This document shows positions 24,530-35,445 of a stretch of DNA of 64,000 nt, piece by piece; within the stretch, counting starts at the first letter, position 1; each line of letters opens with the position of its first letter. A program made the translations under genes and the position numbers. Under the pieces are notes generated by a model, which did no database searches, had not been told where the DNA came from, and saw only the letters and a program-made list of their open reading frames with translations. Source of the DNA: an uncultured Pseudomonadota bacterium. GTDB lineage: Bacteria > Pseudomonadota > Gammaproteobacteria > Burkholderiales > SG8-39. The stretch is from positions 82,684 to 146,683 of the forward strand of contig CAILKO010000008.1 in assembly GCA_903834835.1 (NCBI GenBank), given 5' to 3'.

Positions 24530-26068
24530 ATGAACCTGCTGCGCGCCTTGGCGACAGTGAGCAGCATGACGCTGCTCAGCCGTATCCTGGGTTTTGCGCG
24601 GGATTTCTTCATCGCCCGGGCGTTCGGGGCAGGCCTGGCGACGGACGCTTTCTTCGTCGCATTTCGCATCCCCAACCTCCTGCGGCGCCTGTTCGCCGAG
24701 GGCGCGTTTTCCCAGGCCTTCGTGCCGGTGCTCTCGGAATACCGCAACCGTAGCAGCCCCGAGGAGACCCGCGGGCTGGTGGATGCGGTCTCGAGTCTGC
24801 TGTTCCTTGCGCTGCTGGTCGCTACGGCGATTGGCGTGGCTGCGGCACCTCTCGTCATCTATGCCTCGGCGCCGGGCTTCGCCGCCTCGCCGGAGAAATT
24901 CGCGCTCACCGTCGAACTGTTGCGGATCACCTTTCCCTACATCCTGTTCATTTCGCTGGTGGCGCTCGCTGCGGGCGTGCTCAATACCTGGAACCGGTTT
25001 GCGGTGCCGGCGTTCACCCCGGTCCTGCTGAACCTCTCCTTCATCGTCGGCGCACTGTTTCTCGCGCCCTATTTCGATCCCCCCGTGAAGGTGCTTGCGT
25101 GGTCGGTATTCGCGGGTGGGGTCCTGCAGCTTGCGTTCCAGCTGCCGTTTCTGCGGCGGATCGACATGCTGCCGCGCTTTCGGCCGAGTTTCGCGCACCC
25201 GGGCGTCGGGCGGGTGCTCAAGCTCATGGCGCCGGCCGTGTTCGGCGTGTCGATCGCGCAGCTCTCGCTCGTGATCAACACGGTCTTCGCGTCCTTCCTG
25301 GTCTCGGGCAGCGTGTCCTGGCTCCATTACGCGGATCGCCTGATGGAGTTTCCGGCGGGCATGCTCGGGGTCGCGCTCGGCACGATTCTTCTGCCCAGTC
25401 TGTCGCGCTATCACGCCGACGCGAATGTCGGGGAGTACGCGAAGCTGCTCGACTGGGGGCTGCGGGTCACGCTGCTGCTGGCGGCGCCGGCCGCCCTCGC
25501 ATTGGCAGTGCTCGCCATCCCGCTGGTTGCCACGCTGTTCCACTACGGAAGTTTCTCGGCCGAGGATGCCCTGATGACGCGCGAAGCGCTCGTCGCCTAC
25601 AGCGTCGGACTGGTGGGGATGATCCTCGTGAAGATACTTGCCCCCGGGTTCTACGCGCGGCAGAACGTGGTCACACCGGTCAAGATCGGCATCGCGACCC
25701 TGGTCGCGACCCAGCTCATGAACCTCGCCTTCATCGGTCCCTTCCGGCATGCCGGTCTGGCGCTTTCCATCGGTCTGGGGGCCTGCCTGAATGCCGGACT
25801 GCTCTACTACCACCTGCGCCGTCACGCCATCTATACGCCGCAGCCCGGCTGGCGGGCTTTCCTCGCCAAGCTGGGCGTGGCGCTGCTCGTGATGGGTGGA
25901 GCGCTCCATCTGCTCATGGGCAGCAGGGCATGGTGGCTTGCGGCCGGCTGGGAGCAGCGGGCACCCGCGCTCGCCGCGCTGACCGTGGCCGGCATCCTGC
26001 TCTACGGCGCGACGCTGTTTGCGCTCGGCATGCGCTGGCGGGACTTCTCGCGGCGTGGCGCGGATTAG
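24530..26068 (+). CDS. murJ: Lipid II flippase MurJ (MviN)
   Basis: 512 aa and multi-TM. The N-terminus [66 protein letters not shown] is the conserved MurJ signature. It is divergent from rpsT, as in many proteobacteria. Confidence 0.9.
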   Translation: MNLLRALATVSSMTLLSRILGFARDFFIARAFGAGLATDAFFVAFRIPNLLRRLFAEGAFSQAFVPVLSEYRNRSSPEETRGLVDAVSSLLFLALLVATAIGVAAAPLVIYASAPGFAASPEKFALTVELLRITFPYILFISLVALAAGVLNTWNRFAVPAFTPVLLNLSFIVGALFLAPYFDPPVKVLAWSVFAGGVLQLAFQLPFLRRIDMLPRFRPSFAHPGVGRVLKLMAPAVFGVSIAQLSLVINTVFASFLVSGSVSWLHYADRLMEFPAGMLGVALGTILLPSLSRYHADANVGEYAKLLDWGLRVTLLLAAPAALALAVLAIPLVATLFHYGSFSAEDALMTREALVAYSVGLVGMILVKILAPGFYARQNVVTPVKIGIATLVATQLMNLAFIGPFRHAGLALSIGLGACLNAGLLYYHLRRHAIYTPQPGWRAFLAKLGVALLVMGGALHLLMGSRAWWLAAGWEQRAPALAALTVAGILLYGATLFALGMRWRDFSRRGAD

Positions 26069-26086
26069 CGGGAGGCGCCGAGAACG

Positions 26087-26935
26087 ATGACGCTTGCCGC
26101 CTTTGCAGCGCACATCGAGGGTGGGGAAGGGCGCATCGATCTCGCGCGCGCCTGCCTGATGATCGCCGAGGACGCTTACCCGGATCTCGACGTGGATGCC
26201 TACCTCGCGACCCTGGAGCGTCTGGCGGAGGTGCTGCGCGCGCGTCTTGGCGGAAGCGGGGCAGCGGAAGAAAAGCTGCTCGCGCTGAATGCCTATGTGT
26301 TCGAGGAGCTCGGCTTTACCGGCAATGCCGAGGACTACTACGACCCGCGCAACAGCTATCTGAACGAAGTCATCGACCGACGCACCGGCATACCGATCAC
26401 GCTCGCCGTGCTGTACATGGAACTCGGGCGGCGCGTCGGGCTGCCGCTCGAAGGCGTTTCCTTCCCGGGGCACTTTCTCGTCCGGCTCAGAATGCGCCAC
26501 GGCATGCTCGTGCTGGACCCCTTCTGCGGCGGCGCGCCGCTTGCCATGGACGATCTGCGCGAGCGCCTGAAGCGCGTGGTGCCCGAAGCGGCGGCTGCTC
26601 CCCTTGCAGTGGATGATCTGCCGCTCGACAGCTTTCTCGAGCCGGCGGACAAGCGTCAGATACTCGGCCGCGTGCTGCGCAATCTGAAGGGTGTCTATCT
26701 GGCGAGCGATCGCTATGAGCGCGCGCTCGAGGTGCTGAACCGCCTGTGCATCGTCGCGCCGGACTCGGGGACCGATCTGCGCGATCGGGGTCTCGTCTAC
26801 GAACGCCTTGAGTGCTGGCGCCCGGCGCTGGATGATCTGCGGGCTTACATCGCGCGCGAGCCCCAGGCGTCGGATGCGGAACAGGTGCGCGCGCGCATGC
26901 TCGTGCTCGCAGCGCGCTGCGCCAGCCTGAACTGA
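26087..26935 (+). CDS. SirB1/YchA-like protein (transglutaminase-like N-domain plus TPR-like C-domain)
   Basis: 282 aa. YYDPRNSYLNEVIDRRTGIPITLAVLYMELGRRVGLPLEGVSFPGHFLVR matches the UPF0162/SirB1 family core. The C-terminal part is helical-repeat-like. Confidence 0.6.
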   Translation: MTLAAFAAHIEGGEGRIDLARACLMIAEDAYPDLDVDAYLATLERLAEVLRARLGGSGAAEEKLLALNAYVFEELGFTGNAEDYYDPRNSYLNEVIDRRTGIPITLAVLYMELGRRVGLPLEGVSFPGHFLVRLRMRHGMLVLDPFCGGAPLAMDDLRERLKRVVPEAAAAPLAVDDLPLDSFLEPADKRQILGRVLRNLKGVYLASDRYERALEVLNRLCIVAPDSGTDLRDRGLVYERLECWRPALDDLRAYIAREPQASDAEQVRARMLVLAARCASLN

Positions 26936-27018
26936 CGCGGGTTGATCTCGACGGGACCTGATCGGCGCCGGGTTCAGGGCGGAAATTCACTATAATTCAT
27001 GCTTTTATCCGCTCTCTG

Positions 27019-27957
27019 ATGATCGTAACCCACGGCACCGTGGCGCCGCACGGGACGGGTTGCGTGCTCTCCATCGGCAACTTCGACGGCGCGCACCGCG
27101 GCCACCAGGCGATCTTCCAGCGTCTGGTCGCAAGCGCCCGTGCGCTCGGGGTGCCTGCGAGCATCCTGACCTTCGAGCCGCATCCGCGCGAATTTTTCTC
27201 CCCGGGCAGCGCGCCTGCGCGCATCGCGCGCCTGCGCGACAAGCTGGAGCGGATCGCCGCGGCGGGCATAGACCGTACCCATGTCGCGCGCTTCGATGCG
27301 CGCTTCGCGTCGCTCTCTGCCGAGCGCTTTGTGGAGGACATCCTGGTGCGCGGTTTTCGCGTGCGCAGTCTGCTGGTCGGCACGGATTTCCGTTTCGGCG
27401 CGCGTCGCGCGGGCGATATCGACATGCTGCGCAACGCGGCCTCGGCTCACGGTTTTGCGCTCGAGGCGCTGCCGGAAGTGAACGTCGACGGCGAGCGGGT
27501 GTCGAGCTCCGCGGTGCGATCCGCGCTGCAGGCCGGCGATTTTGCGCGCACGCAAGCCCTGCTCGGGCGGCCGTACACGATCAGCGGGCGCGTGGCGCAT
27601 GGCAAGAAGGTCGGTCGCACGCTCGGCTTTCCCACGGCGAACATCATGCTGCGGCGCGAGCCCGCGGTGTCGGGCATTTTCGTCGTGGAGGTCGAGGACA
27701 CGCAGGCGGGCTGGCGGGCGCAGGGCGCGGCGAACGTGGGCCGCAGGCCGACGGTGAACGAGGTTCCGGTGCCGCTGCTGGAAGTACACTTGCTCGCTCC
27801 GCAGCCCGGACAGCAGAACCTCTATGGCAGGCATCTGCGGGTGACGTTCCGAAAGCGGATCAGGGCAGAGGAAAAATACGACGGGCTCGAGGCGCTGCGC
27901 GCCGCGATCGCCTCGGATGTGGAACAGGCAAAGGACTATTTTCGCGATCATGGCTAG
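27019..27957 (+). CDS. ribF: Bifunctional riboflavin kinase / FMN adenylyltransferase
   Basis: 312 aa. Contains [14 protein letters not shown] (nucleotidyltransferase motif) and a C-terminal riboflavin kinase part ([11 protein letters not shown]...V.GRRPT). It overlaps the ileS start by 8 nt. Confidence 0.9.
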   Translation: MIVTHGTVAPHGTGCVLSIGNFDGAHRGHQAIFQRLVASARALGVPASILTFEPHPREFFSPGSAPARIARLRDKLERIAAAGIDRTHVARFDARFASLSAERFVEDILVRGFRVRSLLVGTDFRFGARRAGDIDMLRNAASAHGFALEALPEVNVDGERVSSSAVRSALQAGDFARTQALLGRPYTISGRVAHGKKVGRTLGFPTANIMLRREPAVSGIFVVEVEDTQAGWRAQGAANVGRRPTVNEVPVPLLEVHLLAPQPGQQNLYGRHLRVTFRKRIRAEEKYDGLEALRAAIASDVEQAKDYFRDHG

Positions 27958-30826
27958 CACGACCGATTACAAGAAGACGCTCAACCTTCCCGACACGCCG
28001 TTTCCGATGCGCGGGGATCTCGCCAAACGCGAGCCGCAGTGGGTGCGGCAATGGCAGGAGCGCGGGGTATACCGGCGCCTGCGCCAGGTGGCTGCGGGCC
28101 GGCCGCGCTTCGTGCTGCACGACGGGCCGCCCTATGCGAACGGCGATATTCATATCGGCCATGCAGTGAACAAGATCCTGAAGGACATCATCGTCAAGTC
28201 GCGCACGCTGGCGGGCTTCGATGCGCCCTATGTGCCGGGATGGGACTGTCACGGCATGCCGATCGAGGTGCAGATCGAAAAGCTGCACGGCAAGAATCTT
28301 CCCCCGGCGGAAACGCTGCGTCTGTGCCGGGCCTATGCGACCGAGCAGATCGAGCGCCAGCGACAGGACTTCATCCGGCTGGGCGTGCTCGGCGACTGGG
28401 AAAATCCCTATCTCACGATGGCGTTCGGCAATGAGGCGGACGAGATTCGCACGCTCGGCGCGCTGCTGGAGAAGGGCTATGTCTACCGCGGCCTGAAGCC
28501 GGTGAACTGGTGCTTCGACTGCGGTTCGGCGCTCGCCGAGGCCGAGGTGGAGTACGAGGACCGCAAGGATCCGGCGGTCGATGTCGGCTTCGGTTTCGCG
28601 GAACCCGAAAAGCTCGCGCAGGCCTTCGGCCTGCCGGCGCTGCCTGCGAAGCCCGGCCAGATCGTGATCTGGACCACGACGCCCTGGACCATCCCCGCCA
28701 ACCAGGCACTGAACGTGCACCCGGAGATCCGCTACAACCTCGTCGATACCGGTGACAAGCTCCTCATCCTCGCGGCCGACCTGCAGGAAGCCTGCCTCGC
28801 GCGTTACAAGCTTGCGGGCACCACGCTCGCGAGTTGCACCGGCCAGGCGCTCGAACGCATCGAATTCTCGCATCCGCTCTATGAGCGCCGCTCGCCGGTG
28901 TTCATGGGCGAGTACGTGACGCTCGACACCGGCACCGGCGTCGTGCACTCGGCGCCCGCCTATGGCGTGGAGGATTTCGAATCCTGCCGGCGCTACGGCA
29001 TGAAGGATGCGGAAATCCTGACGCCGGTGATGGGCGACGGCCGCTATGTCTCGACGCTGCCGGAATTCGGCGGCCTGAACATCTGGAAGGCGAATCCGAA
29101 GATCGTGGAATCGCTCGGTGCTCACGGTGCCTTGCTTGCGCATCAGAGCTATCCGCACAGCTACATGCACTGCTGGCGCCACAAGAGCCCGGTCATCCTG
29201 CGCGCGACCACGCAGTGGTTCGCGGGCATGGACCAGGTCACCGGCTACGCGGGCGCGACGCCGGCGGAGCCGTTGCGCGCGACGGCGCTGCGCGGCATTG
29301 ATGCCACCCAGTTCTTTCCGGCCTGGGGCCAGGCCCGGCTGCACGGCATGATCGCGAACCGGCCGGACTGGACGCTCTCGCGCCAGCGCCAGTGGGGCGT
29401 GCCGATGCCCTTCTTTCTGCACAAGGAAACCGGTGCCCTGCATCCGCGCACGCCCGAGCTCGTCGAGGCGGTGGCGAAGCGCGTGGAGGCTGCGGGCATC
29501 GAGGCCTGGCACGGCATCGATCCCGCCGAGCTGCTGGGCGAGGATGCCGCGCTGTACGAGAAGAGCCGCGACACGCTCGACGTGTGGTTCGACTCGGGAT
29601 CGACGCACCAGACCGTCCTCGGTGGCCCGCAGGGACGGACGCGGCACACGGGCTCGCATGCGGCCGAAACCGGGTTCCCGGCCGATCTCTACCTCGAAGG
29701 CTCGGACCAGCATCGCGGCTGGTTCCACAGTTCGCTGCTCGTGTCCTCCATGCTGAACGGCACGCCCCCTTATCGACAGCTCCTGACGCATGGGTTCGTC
29801 GTGGATGGCGATGGCCGGAAGATGTCGAAATCAAAGGGCAACGTGGTGGCGCCGCAGCAGGTGTCCGACACGCTGGGTGCGGAGGTCCTGCGCCTGTGGG
29901 TGGCCAGCACCGATTACAGCGGCGAGCTGTCGATCTCGAACGAAATCCTCAAGCGCGTGGTCGAAAGCTATCGCCGGATCCGCAACACGCTGCGCTTCAT
30001 GCTCGCGAACACCGCCGACTTCGACTCGGCGGCGCACGCGGTACCGGTTGCGCAGATGGCCGAGATCGACCGCTATGCCCTCGCGCGCGCCGCCGAACTC
30101 CAGCGCGAGTGCGCGGCGGACTACGAGCGCTACCAGTTCCATCTCGTCGCGCAGAAGCTGCAGACCTACTGCTCGGAGGATCTCGGGGCCTTCTACCTGG
30201 ACATCCTGAAGGACCGTCTCTATACCTGCGCGCCAGGCTCCCAGGCGCGCCGCTCGGCGCAGACCGCGCTGTGGCATCTCACGCACAACCTCGTGCGCCT
30301 GATGGCGCCGGTGCTCTCCTTCACCGCCGAGGAGCTCTGGGAGGCGTTTACCGGCAACAAGGACGACAGCGTGTTCTTCCAGACCTGGCACCGCTTCCCG
30401 GAAGGAGTGGAAGGGGCGGATGCGGCGGATGCGGCGGGTCTCGTCGCGCGCTGGTCGCGTATCCGCGAGCTGCGCGCGCCGGTGCGCAAGCGCATCGAGG
30501 ATCTGCGCACCGAAGGCAAGGTCGGCTCCTCACTGCAGGCCGAGGTCGATCTGAAACTGAGCGGCGCCGACTACGATCTGCTGGCGGGTCTGGGAGATGA
30601 ACTGAAATTCGTTCTGCTGACCTCCGCCGTTCGACTCACGCGGGCAGCGGAGGGCAGCACCGGCGGCGCTGAAGACGGCATCGCGGTGCAGCCGAGCACG
30701 CATGCGAAGTGCGAGCGCTGCTGGCACTATCGTGACGACGTCGGCACCCATGCGGAACACCCGGGCATCTGCGGGCGCTGCGTCGGCAACCTCACCGGGC
30801 CGGGCGAATCGCGCCGGCACGCCTGA
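27950..30826 (+). CDS. ileS: Isoleucine--tRNA ligase
   Basis: Part of ORF 27917..30826. The start is at [24 protein letters not shown] (ATG 27950). The HIGH-type motif is [11 protein letters not shown], the KMSKS motif is present as KMSKSKGN, and the C-terminal zinc-finger cysteines are CERCWHY...CGRC. Confidence 0.95.
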   Translation: MASTTDYKKTLNLPDTPFPMRGDLAKREPQWVRQWQERGVYRRLRQVAAGRPRFVLHDGPPYANGDIHIGHAVNKILKDIIVKSRTLAGFDAPYVPGWDCHGMPIEVQIEKLHGKNLPPAETLRLCRAYATEQIERQRQDFIRLGVLGDWENPYLTMAFGNEADEIRTLGALLEKGYVYRGLKPVNWCFDCGSALAEAEVEYEDRKDPAVDVGFGFAEPEKLAQAFGLPALPAKPGQIVIWTTTPWTIPANQALNVHPEIRYNLVDTGDKLLILAADLQEACLARYKLAGTTLASCTGQALERIEFSHPLYERRSPVFMGEYVTLDTGTGVVHSAPAYGVEDFESCRRYGMKDAEILTPVMGDGRYVSTLPEFGGLNIWKANPKIVESLGAHGALLAHQSYPHSYMHCWRHKSPVILRATTQWFAGMDQVTGYAGATPAEPLRATALRGIDATQFFPAWGQARLHGMIANRPDWTLSRQRQWGVPMPFFLHKETGALHPRTPELVEAVAKRVEAAGIEAWHGIDPAELLGEDAALYEKSRDTLDVWFDSGSTHQTVLGGPQGRTRHTGSHAAETGFPADLYLEGSDQHRGWFHSSLLVSSMLNGTPPYRQLLTHGFVVDGDGRKMSKSKGNVVAPQQVSDTLGAEVLRLWVASTDYSGELSISNEILKRVVESYRRIRNTLRFMLANTADFDSAAHAVPVAQMAEIDRYALARAAELQRECAADYERYQFHLVAQKLQTYCSEDLGAFYLDILKDRLYTCAPGSQARRSAQTALWHLTHNLVRLMAPVLSFTAEELWEAFTGNKDDSVFFQTWHRFPEGVEGADAADAAGLVARWSRIRELRAPVRKRIEDLRTEGKVGSSLQAEVDLKLSGADYDLLAGLGDELKFVLLTSAVRLTRAAEGSTGGAEDGIAVQPSTHAKCERCWHYRDDVGTHAEHPGICGRCVGNLTGPGESRRHA

Positions 30827-30843
30827 GCGGAGGGGACGGCATC

Positions 30844-31338
30844 GTGAGGGCGGGACTCGCCGGCGCGACACCCTGGTTCGCCGGCGCGCTGCTGATCGTC
30901 GCCGTCGATCAGGCGGTGAAGCTGTGGGTGCTTGCGGTGATCCTCGAGGGCGAGCGTATCGTGGTCACCGGGTTTTTCAATCTCGTGCTGGCGTTCAATT
31001 CCGGCGCCGCGTTCAGCTTTCTGGCCGCTGCGCCCGGCTGGCAGCGCCCGCTCTTCACCGTGTTCGCGCTCGGCGCCTCGATCGTGATCGGCCTGCTGCT
31101 CCTGCGGCACAGCGCCGAGCGGCGTTTCTGCGCCGGCCTGTCGCTGATTCTGGGCGGCGCCGTGGGCAACTTGGTCGACCGCCTGCGCATCGGACATGTG
31201 GTGGATTTTCTGGATTTCCACCTCTGGGGCTGGCACTGGCCGGCGTTCAATGTCGCGGATTCCGCGATCACCCTCGGCGCGGCAGTCCTGATCCTCGACG
31301 GATTTCTGCAGCACAAAAATGAGAGGCGCATGGCATGA
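30844..31338 (+). CDS. lspA: Lipoprotein signal peptidase (signal peptidase II)
   Basis: 164 aa with a GTG start. FNLVLAFNSGAAFSFL and VVDFLDFHLWGWHWPAFNVADSAI are LspA signatures. Confidence 0.9.
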   Translation: MRAGLAGATPWFAGALLIVAVDQAVKLWVLAVILEGERIVVTGFFNLVLAFNSGAAFSFLAAAPGWQRPLFTVFALGASIVIGLLLLRHSAERRFCAGLSLILGGAVGNLVDRLRIGHVVDFLDFHLWGWHWPAFNVADSAITLGAAVLILDGFLQHKNERRMA

Positions 31339-31775
31339 CCGCACTCGCCGACGGCGCGCTCGTCACGCTGCACTACCGGATTACGCTGGATGACGGCACC
31401 GAGGTGATGTCGACCTTCGGCGGCAATCCGGCGACGCTTGCGATCGGCGGCGGCGATCTCGCGCCGGGCTTCGAGCGCTGCCTCGAGCGCGCCGAGGAGG
31501 GACGAACCGAGGTGTTCGAACTCGCGGCGCGCGAAGCCTTCGGCGAAGCACGCGAGGAACTGCTGCAGCGCGTCCGGCGCGCCGAACTGCCGTCCGGCGT
31601 CAAGCTGGAGCCGGGCGTGCTGCTCGAATTTCCGGACGGCACGGGCGGGCGCCATGGCGCGCTGGTGCGCGCGCTTAGCGGAACAGGCGCCGACGAAGAG
31701 GTGCTGCTCGATTTCAATCATCCGCTTGCCGGGCGCGCGCTACGATTCGAGGTCCAGGTGCTCGCGAAACTATGA
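31335..31775 (+). CDS. fkpB: FKBP-type peptidyl-prolyl cis-trans isomerase (SlpA/FkpB-like)
   Basis: 146 aa. [15 protein letters not shown]... and [18 protein letters not shown] match FkpB. There are ATGA overlaps with lspA upstream and ispH downstream, and the ileS-lspA-fkpB-ispH order is the same as in E. coli. Confidence 0.8.
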   Translation: MTALADGALVTLHYRITLDDGTEVMSTFGGNPATLAIGGGDLAPGFERCLERAEEGRTEVFELAAREAFGEAREELLQRVRRAELPSGVKLEPGVLLEFPDGTGGRHGALVRALSGTGADEEVLLDFNHPLAGRALRFEVQVLAKL

Positions 31776-32731
31776 ACCCCATCCCCATCCAGCTGCTGCT
31801 CGCGAATCCGCGCGGCTTCTGCGCCGGCGTGGAGCGCGCGATCGACATCGTCGAGCGCGCGCTCCTGCTCTATGGCGCGCCGATCTACGTGCGCCACGAG
31901 ATCGTGCACAACACCTATGTCGTGTCCGGCCTGCGCGACAAGGGCGCGATCTTCGTCGAGGAACTGGACGAGGTACCCTCAGGCAGCACGGTGATCTTCA
32001 GCGCGCACGGCGTATCGAAGGACGTGCGGGCCGAAGCCGAGGCGCGCGGCCTGAAAGTCTTCGATGCCACCTGCCCGCTGGTCACCAAGGTGCATGTGGA
32101 AGTGGCGAAGCTGCTGCGAGACGGGTTCGAGATCGTCATGATCGGGCACCGCGGCCATCCGGAAGCGGAGGGCACCATGGGGCAGGCCGCGAGCGGCATG
32201 CATCTCGTGGAAACCGAACAGGATGTCGCGCGGCTCGCCGTTGCAGATCCGTCCAGGCTCGCCTACGTGACCCAGACCACGCTGTCAGTGGACGATGCCG
32301 CATCGATCATCGAGGCGCTCACCCGGCGCTTCCCGGCGATCAGGGGACCGAAGAAGGCCGACATCTGTTACGCGACCCAGAACCGGCAGGATGCGGTGAA
32401 GGCGCTCGCGCCGGTCTGCGATGTGGTGATCGTGGTCGGCTCGCCGAACAGTTCCAATTCCAATCGCCTGCGTGAAGTGGCGGAGAACATGGGCGTTCCC
32501 GCCTACATGGTGGACAGCGCTGCCGATCTCAGAGCGGAATGGCTCGCGGGACGTGTACGCGTCGGCATTACGGCCGGGGCTTCCGCGCCCGAAGTATTGG
32601 TGAACGAGCTCATCGCGCGGTTGCGTGCGCTCGGTGCGGGCGAAGTGCGCGCGCTGGAGGGCATCGAAGAGGCCGTGGTGTTCTCGTTGCCGCGCGAACT
32701 GGCGCGCGCGCAGCCGGACGGCACGCACTGA
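31772..32731 (+). CDS. ispH: 4-hydroxy-3-methylbut-2-enyl diphosphate reductase
   Basis: 319 aa. [35 protein letters not shown] and SSNSNRL are IspH/LytB motifs. Confidence 0.92.
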   Translation: MNPIPIQLLLANPRGFCAGVERAIDIVERALLLYGAPIYVRHEIVHNTYVVSGLRDKGAIFVEELDEVPSGSTVIFSAHGVSKDVRAEAEARGLKVFDATCPLVTKVHVEVAKLLRDGFEIVMIGHRGHPEAEGTMGQAASGMHLVETEQDVARLAVADPSRLAYVTQTTLSVDDAASIIEALTRRFPAIRGPKKADICYATQNRQDAVKALAPVCDVVIVVGSPNSSNSNRLREVAENMGVPAYMVDSAADLRAEWLAGRVRVGITAGASAPEVLVNELIARLRALGAGEVRALEGIEEAVVFSLPRELARAQPDGTH

Positions 32732-32752
32732 GCAGGACCGGGACATCCGCTG

Positions 32753-34171
32753 ATGCCCAAGGCCCTGCGCAATACGCTCGTCTCGATCCGCGAGCTCACG
32801 CTTACCGCGAGTCCGTTCCTGCTGCTGGCGGCGCTGCTGCTCGCCGCCGCCTACTATCTGCTCGATCCGAACCCGCCCAAGCGGGTGGTGCTCGCCACGG
32901 GGCCCGAACGCAGCGACTATGCCGAATTCGGCAAACGCTATGCGGCAGCGCTCAAGCGCTACGGCATCGAAGTGGTGCTGCAGCCCACCGCCGGCTCGGC
33001 CGACAACCTGCGCCGGCTGCAGGATCCGGCTGAGGACGTCGATTTCGGCTTCGTCCAGGGCGGCTCAGGCACGGTGGCGGGCGAAGACGATGACGACGGT
33101 GCCGCAGGCGCTGATGATGCGAGCGGCAATCCGGCCTTCGAGCTGCGCTCGGTAGGCAGCCTCTTCTACGAGCCGATCTGGATCTTCTATCGCGAGGAGG
33201 CGGCGCGGCGCCTGCCCGGACGGAGCCTCGCGCGTCTGGATCAGCTGAAGGGCTGGCGTGTTCACCTGGGCGAACGCGGCGATGGCGCGCCGCGCCTGAT
33301 GCGCAAGCTGCTTGCGGCCAACGGCTTCCCGGCAGGCGTGCCGCCGCTCGACGATCTGGACGAGACCGAGGCAGTGGTCGCCTTTCTCGCCGGGAAGCTT
33401 GATGCGATCGTGCTCGTGGCGGCTCCGGAATCGCCGATGGTCCAGATGCTGCTGCGCACGCCGAAGGTGAGGCTCTACGAATTTCTGCAGGCCGATGCCT
33501 ACGAACGGCGTTTTCCCTACCTGCATCCGGTGCTTCTGCCGCGCGGCGTGGTCGATCTCGCGCGCGACATTCCGGTGCGCGAGATGCGCCTCATCGCACC
33601 GACGGCGATGCTGGTTGCGCGCGAGGATACCCACCCGGCGCTCGTCCAGCTCTTCGTGCAGGCGGCAGCGCGCATCCACGCGGGCGCGGGATGGTTCGCG
33701 CGGCCCGGCCAGTTTCCCTCGGCCCAGGGCAGCGAGTTTCCGCTGGATGACGAAGCCGAGCGCTACTACACCAAGGGGCGTCCGTTCCTGCAGAGCTGGC
33801 TGCCGTTCTGGCTCGCCAACCTGATCGACCGCATGTGGGTCGTGCTGTTCTCCATCGTCGCGATGCTGATTCCGCTCTCGCGCGTGGTGCCGCCGCTCTA
33901 CCAGTTCCGCGTTCGGTCACGGATCTTCCGCTGGTACCGCAATCTGCGGCGCATCGAAGATCGCGTGTCCGACCCGGGCGCATCGCCCGCGGATCTTCTG
34001 GAGGAAATCGAGCAACTCGACGCGCGGGCGGGACGCATCCTCGTGCCGCTTTCCTATGCGGAGGAGCTGTACAACCTGCGCAACCATATCGACCGTGTGC
34101 GCGCGCACCTGAAGGCGCGCATGGAGCCGGCAGTATCGGAGGGCACTGCGGGCGCTGCCAAGAATAGATAG
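32753..34171 (+). CDS. Membrane-anchored TAXI-family (TRAP-type) solute-binding-like protein
   Basis: 472 aa. It has an N-terminal TM segment, and VVLATGPERSDYAEFGKRYAAALKRYGIEVVLQPTAGSADNLRRLQ...VDFGFVQGG resembles TAXI/NMT1-like binding proteins. A C-terminal TM segment and a charged helical tail follow. Confidence 0.5.
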   Translation: MPKALRNTLVSIRELTLTASPFLLLAALLLAAAYYLLDPNPPKRVVLATGPERSDYAEFGKRYAAALKRYGIEVVLQPTAGSADNLRRLQDPAEDVDFGFVQGGSGTVAGEDDDDGAAGADDASGNPAFELRSVGSLFYEPIWIFYREEAARRLPGRSLARLDQLKGWRVHLGERGDGAPRLMRKLLAANGFPAGVPPLDDLDETEAVVAFLAGKLDAIVLVAAPESPMVQMLLRTPKVRLYEFLQADAYERRFPYLHPVLLPRGVVDLARDIPVREMRLIAPTAMLVAREDTHPALVQLFVQAAARIHAGAGWFARPGQFPSAQGSEFPLDDEAERYYTKGRPFLQSWLPFWLANLIDRMWVVLFSIVAMLIPLSRVVPPLYQFRVRSRIFRWYRNLRRIEDRVSDPGASPADLLEEIEQLDARAGRILVPLSYAEELYNLRNHIDRVRAHLKARMEPAVSEGTAGAAKNR

Positions 34172-34191
34172 TAACGTAATTGTTACTATCT
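34164..34191. repeat. AT-rich palindrome AGATAGTAAC-GTAATT-GTTACTATCT (copy 1 of 2)
   Basis: 10-bp arms (34166-34175 and 34182-34191) flank a 6-nt spacer. The element overlaps the TAG stop of the 32753..34171 gene and lies between convergent genes. The 11-mer TAGATAGTAAC, an N6 spacer and GTTACTA recur at 58820-58843. Confidence 0.6.
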
Positions 34192-34232
34192 TTGGCGAGG
34201 TCGGTCCGTTTTCGCCCTGCCGCGCGCCGCGC

Positions 34233-34472
34233 TTACTTCGCGGGCGGCTTCGGCTTCACCATCAGCCGGCTGGAGCGCGGCTTCAGCACGGCCTTGGGAA
34301 AGACTTCGCTCGCGGGGCGCTCCACCCGCGCATTGCGCGGATTCGCGAAACAGTCGGTGCGCGCGGTGCCCTTCAGTTCGAGGCAGTTGATGGGCTCGCG
34401 GTTTGTCTGAGCGTAGGCGAACGCGCTCGCGCCGAGCGTGGCAACGAGGATGAACTGGATGAGGGCCTTCAT
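34233..34472 (-). CDS. Small secreted protein, unknown function (79 aa)
   Basis: MKALIQFILVATLGASAFAYA/QT is signal-peptide-like. The protein has two Cys and a Lys/Pro-rich tail. An AAAGGA ribosome-binding site lies 5 nt before the ATG. It sits 48 nt downstream of the TonB_C-like gene on the same strand. Confidence 0.5.
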   Translation of the reverse strand: MKALIQFILVATLGASAFAYAQTNREPINCLELKGTARTDCFANPRNARVERPASEVFPKAVLKPRSSRLMVKPKPPAK

Positions 34473-34520
34473 GGCAATCCTTTCATCGAAATGGTCGATT
34501 TCCGCCGGCGGGGCCGGCGA

Positions 34521-35417
34521 TCAGTAGCTTCTGCCCGACAGCACACGGGATTTTCCGAGCAGGCCCATGTCGTAGTCCACCTGGACGACGAACTGGCTTT
34601 TCACCGCCCGCCCTTCCAGCGATCCGGGGCTGAAGCGCGCCAGCCTGAAGGCTGCGACGGCGGACAGTTCGAACGCGCCCTGCGGCTTTGCGTCGATGAC
34701 ATTGACCGCATCGACCGTCCCGAACTCGTTGACGAGCACCTGCAGCTTTACGTAACCCATGATGCCCGGCGGCAATCCCGGATCGGGCGGCACGATATCC
34801 GAGAGCGGCAGGGCTCGCACGTCGAGTTCGGCCGGCAGGTAATAGCGCGGCGGCTGCAGCGCGTCGAGCGCCGCTAGGGCCACGCCATAGGCGGCGACAT
34901 TCTGGGTGCCAGCATCCCGGGTGATCGAACTCTGGCCGGCGAAGGCGCTGGTCGCTGTTGCTTCCGGTGCCGAGGGCTCGGTCGGGCCTGCTTTCAGAGC
35001 GGGGCGCACAGCGGCTTCGCTCTCGGGGAAGCGTTCCTTGGGCGTGTCGAGGTTTCTTGCACCCGGGGCCAGGCGTTCCATCGGCGCATCGGCGAGCCGC
35101 GTCACGAGCGGGCGCGCGAGGTCGATCTGCGGCGCTGCGCCGGGCATCGCCCTGAAACCGAAGACGAGCAGCGCGTGCACGAGCACGGAGAGGATCATGG
35201 CGCGGGCAAGCACCTGCTGCCCACGCGCTGCCGGGCGCTGTGCCGCAGGCGGCAGGAGGGTGCTGGACTCGGGTCCCGATGTGCCCCTCGCAGGCGCCTC
35301 GTCTGACTGCGCGCAGATGAGCGGCGCGTGCGAGGGCTCGGCGTACAGCGTGCGCCGCGCGAGGCCCCCGGGCAGGAAGCGATGCGCTGACATCCCGCCC
35401 AGTGCGAAATCGCTCAT
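34521..35417 (-). CDS. TonB C-terminal-domain-like membrane protein
   Basis: Part of ORF 34521..35648(-), trimmed to ATG 35417 so that it does not overlap pilY1. ATG 35393 is an alternative start. It has one TM segment (VLARAMILSVLVHALLVFGF), a Pro/Ala-rich linker and a C-terminal GYVKLQVLVNEFGTVDAVNVIDAKPQGAFELSAVAAFRLARFSPGSLEGRAVKSQFVVQVDY, which fits the TonB_C pattern. Confidence 0.6.
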   Translation of the reverse strand: MSDFALGGMSAHRFLPGGLARRTLYAEPSHAPLICAQSDEAPARGTSGPESSTLLPPAAQRPAARGQQVLARAMILSVLVHALLVFGFRAMPGAAPQIDLARPLVTRLADAPMERLAPGARNLDTPKERFPESEAAVRPALKAGPTEPSAPEATATSAFAGQSSITRDAGTQNVAAYGVALAALDALQPPRYYLPAELDVRALPLSDIVPPDPGLPPGIMGYVKLQVLVNEFGTVDAVNVIDAKPQGAFELSAVAAFRLARFSPGSLEGRAVKSQFVVQVDYDMGLLGKSRVLSGRSY

Positions 35418-35445
35418 GGTCTGAAAGGCCCGGTCGCGCGCACGC

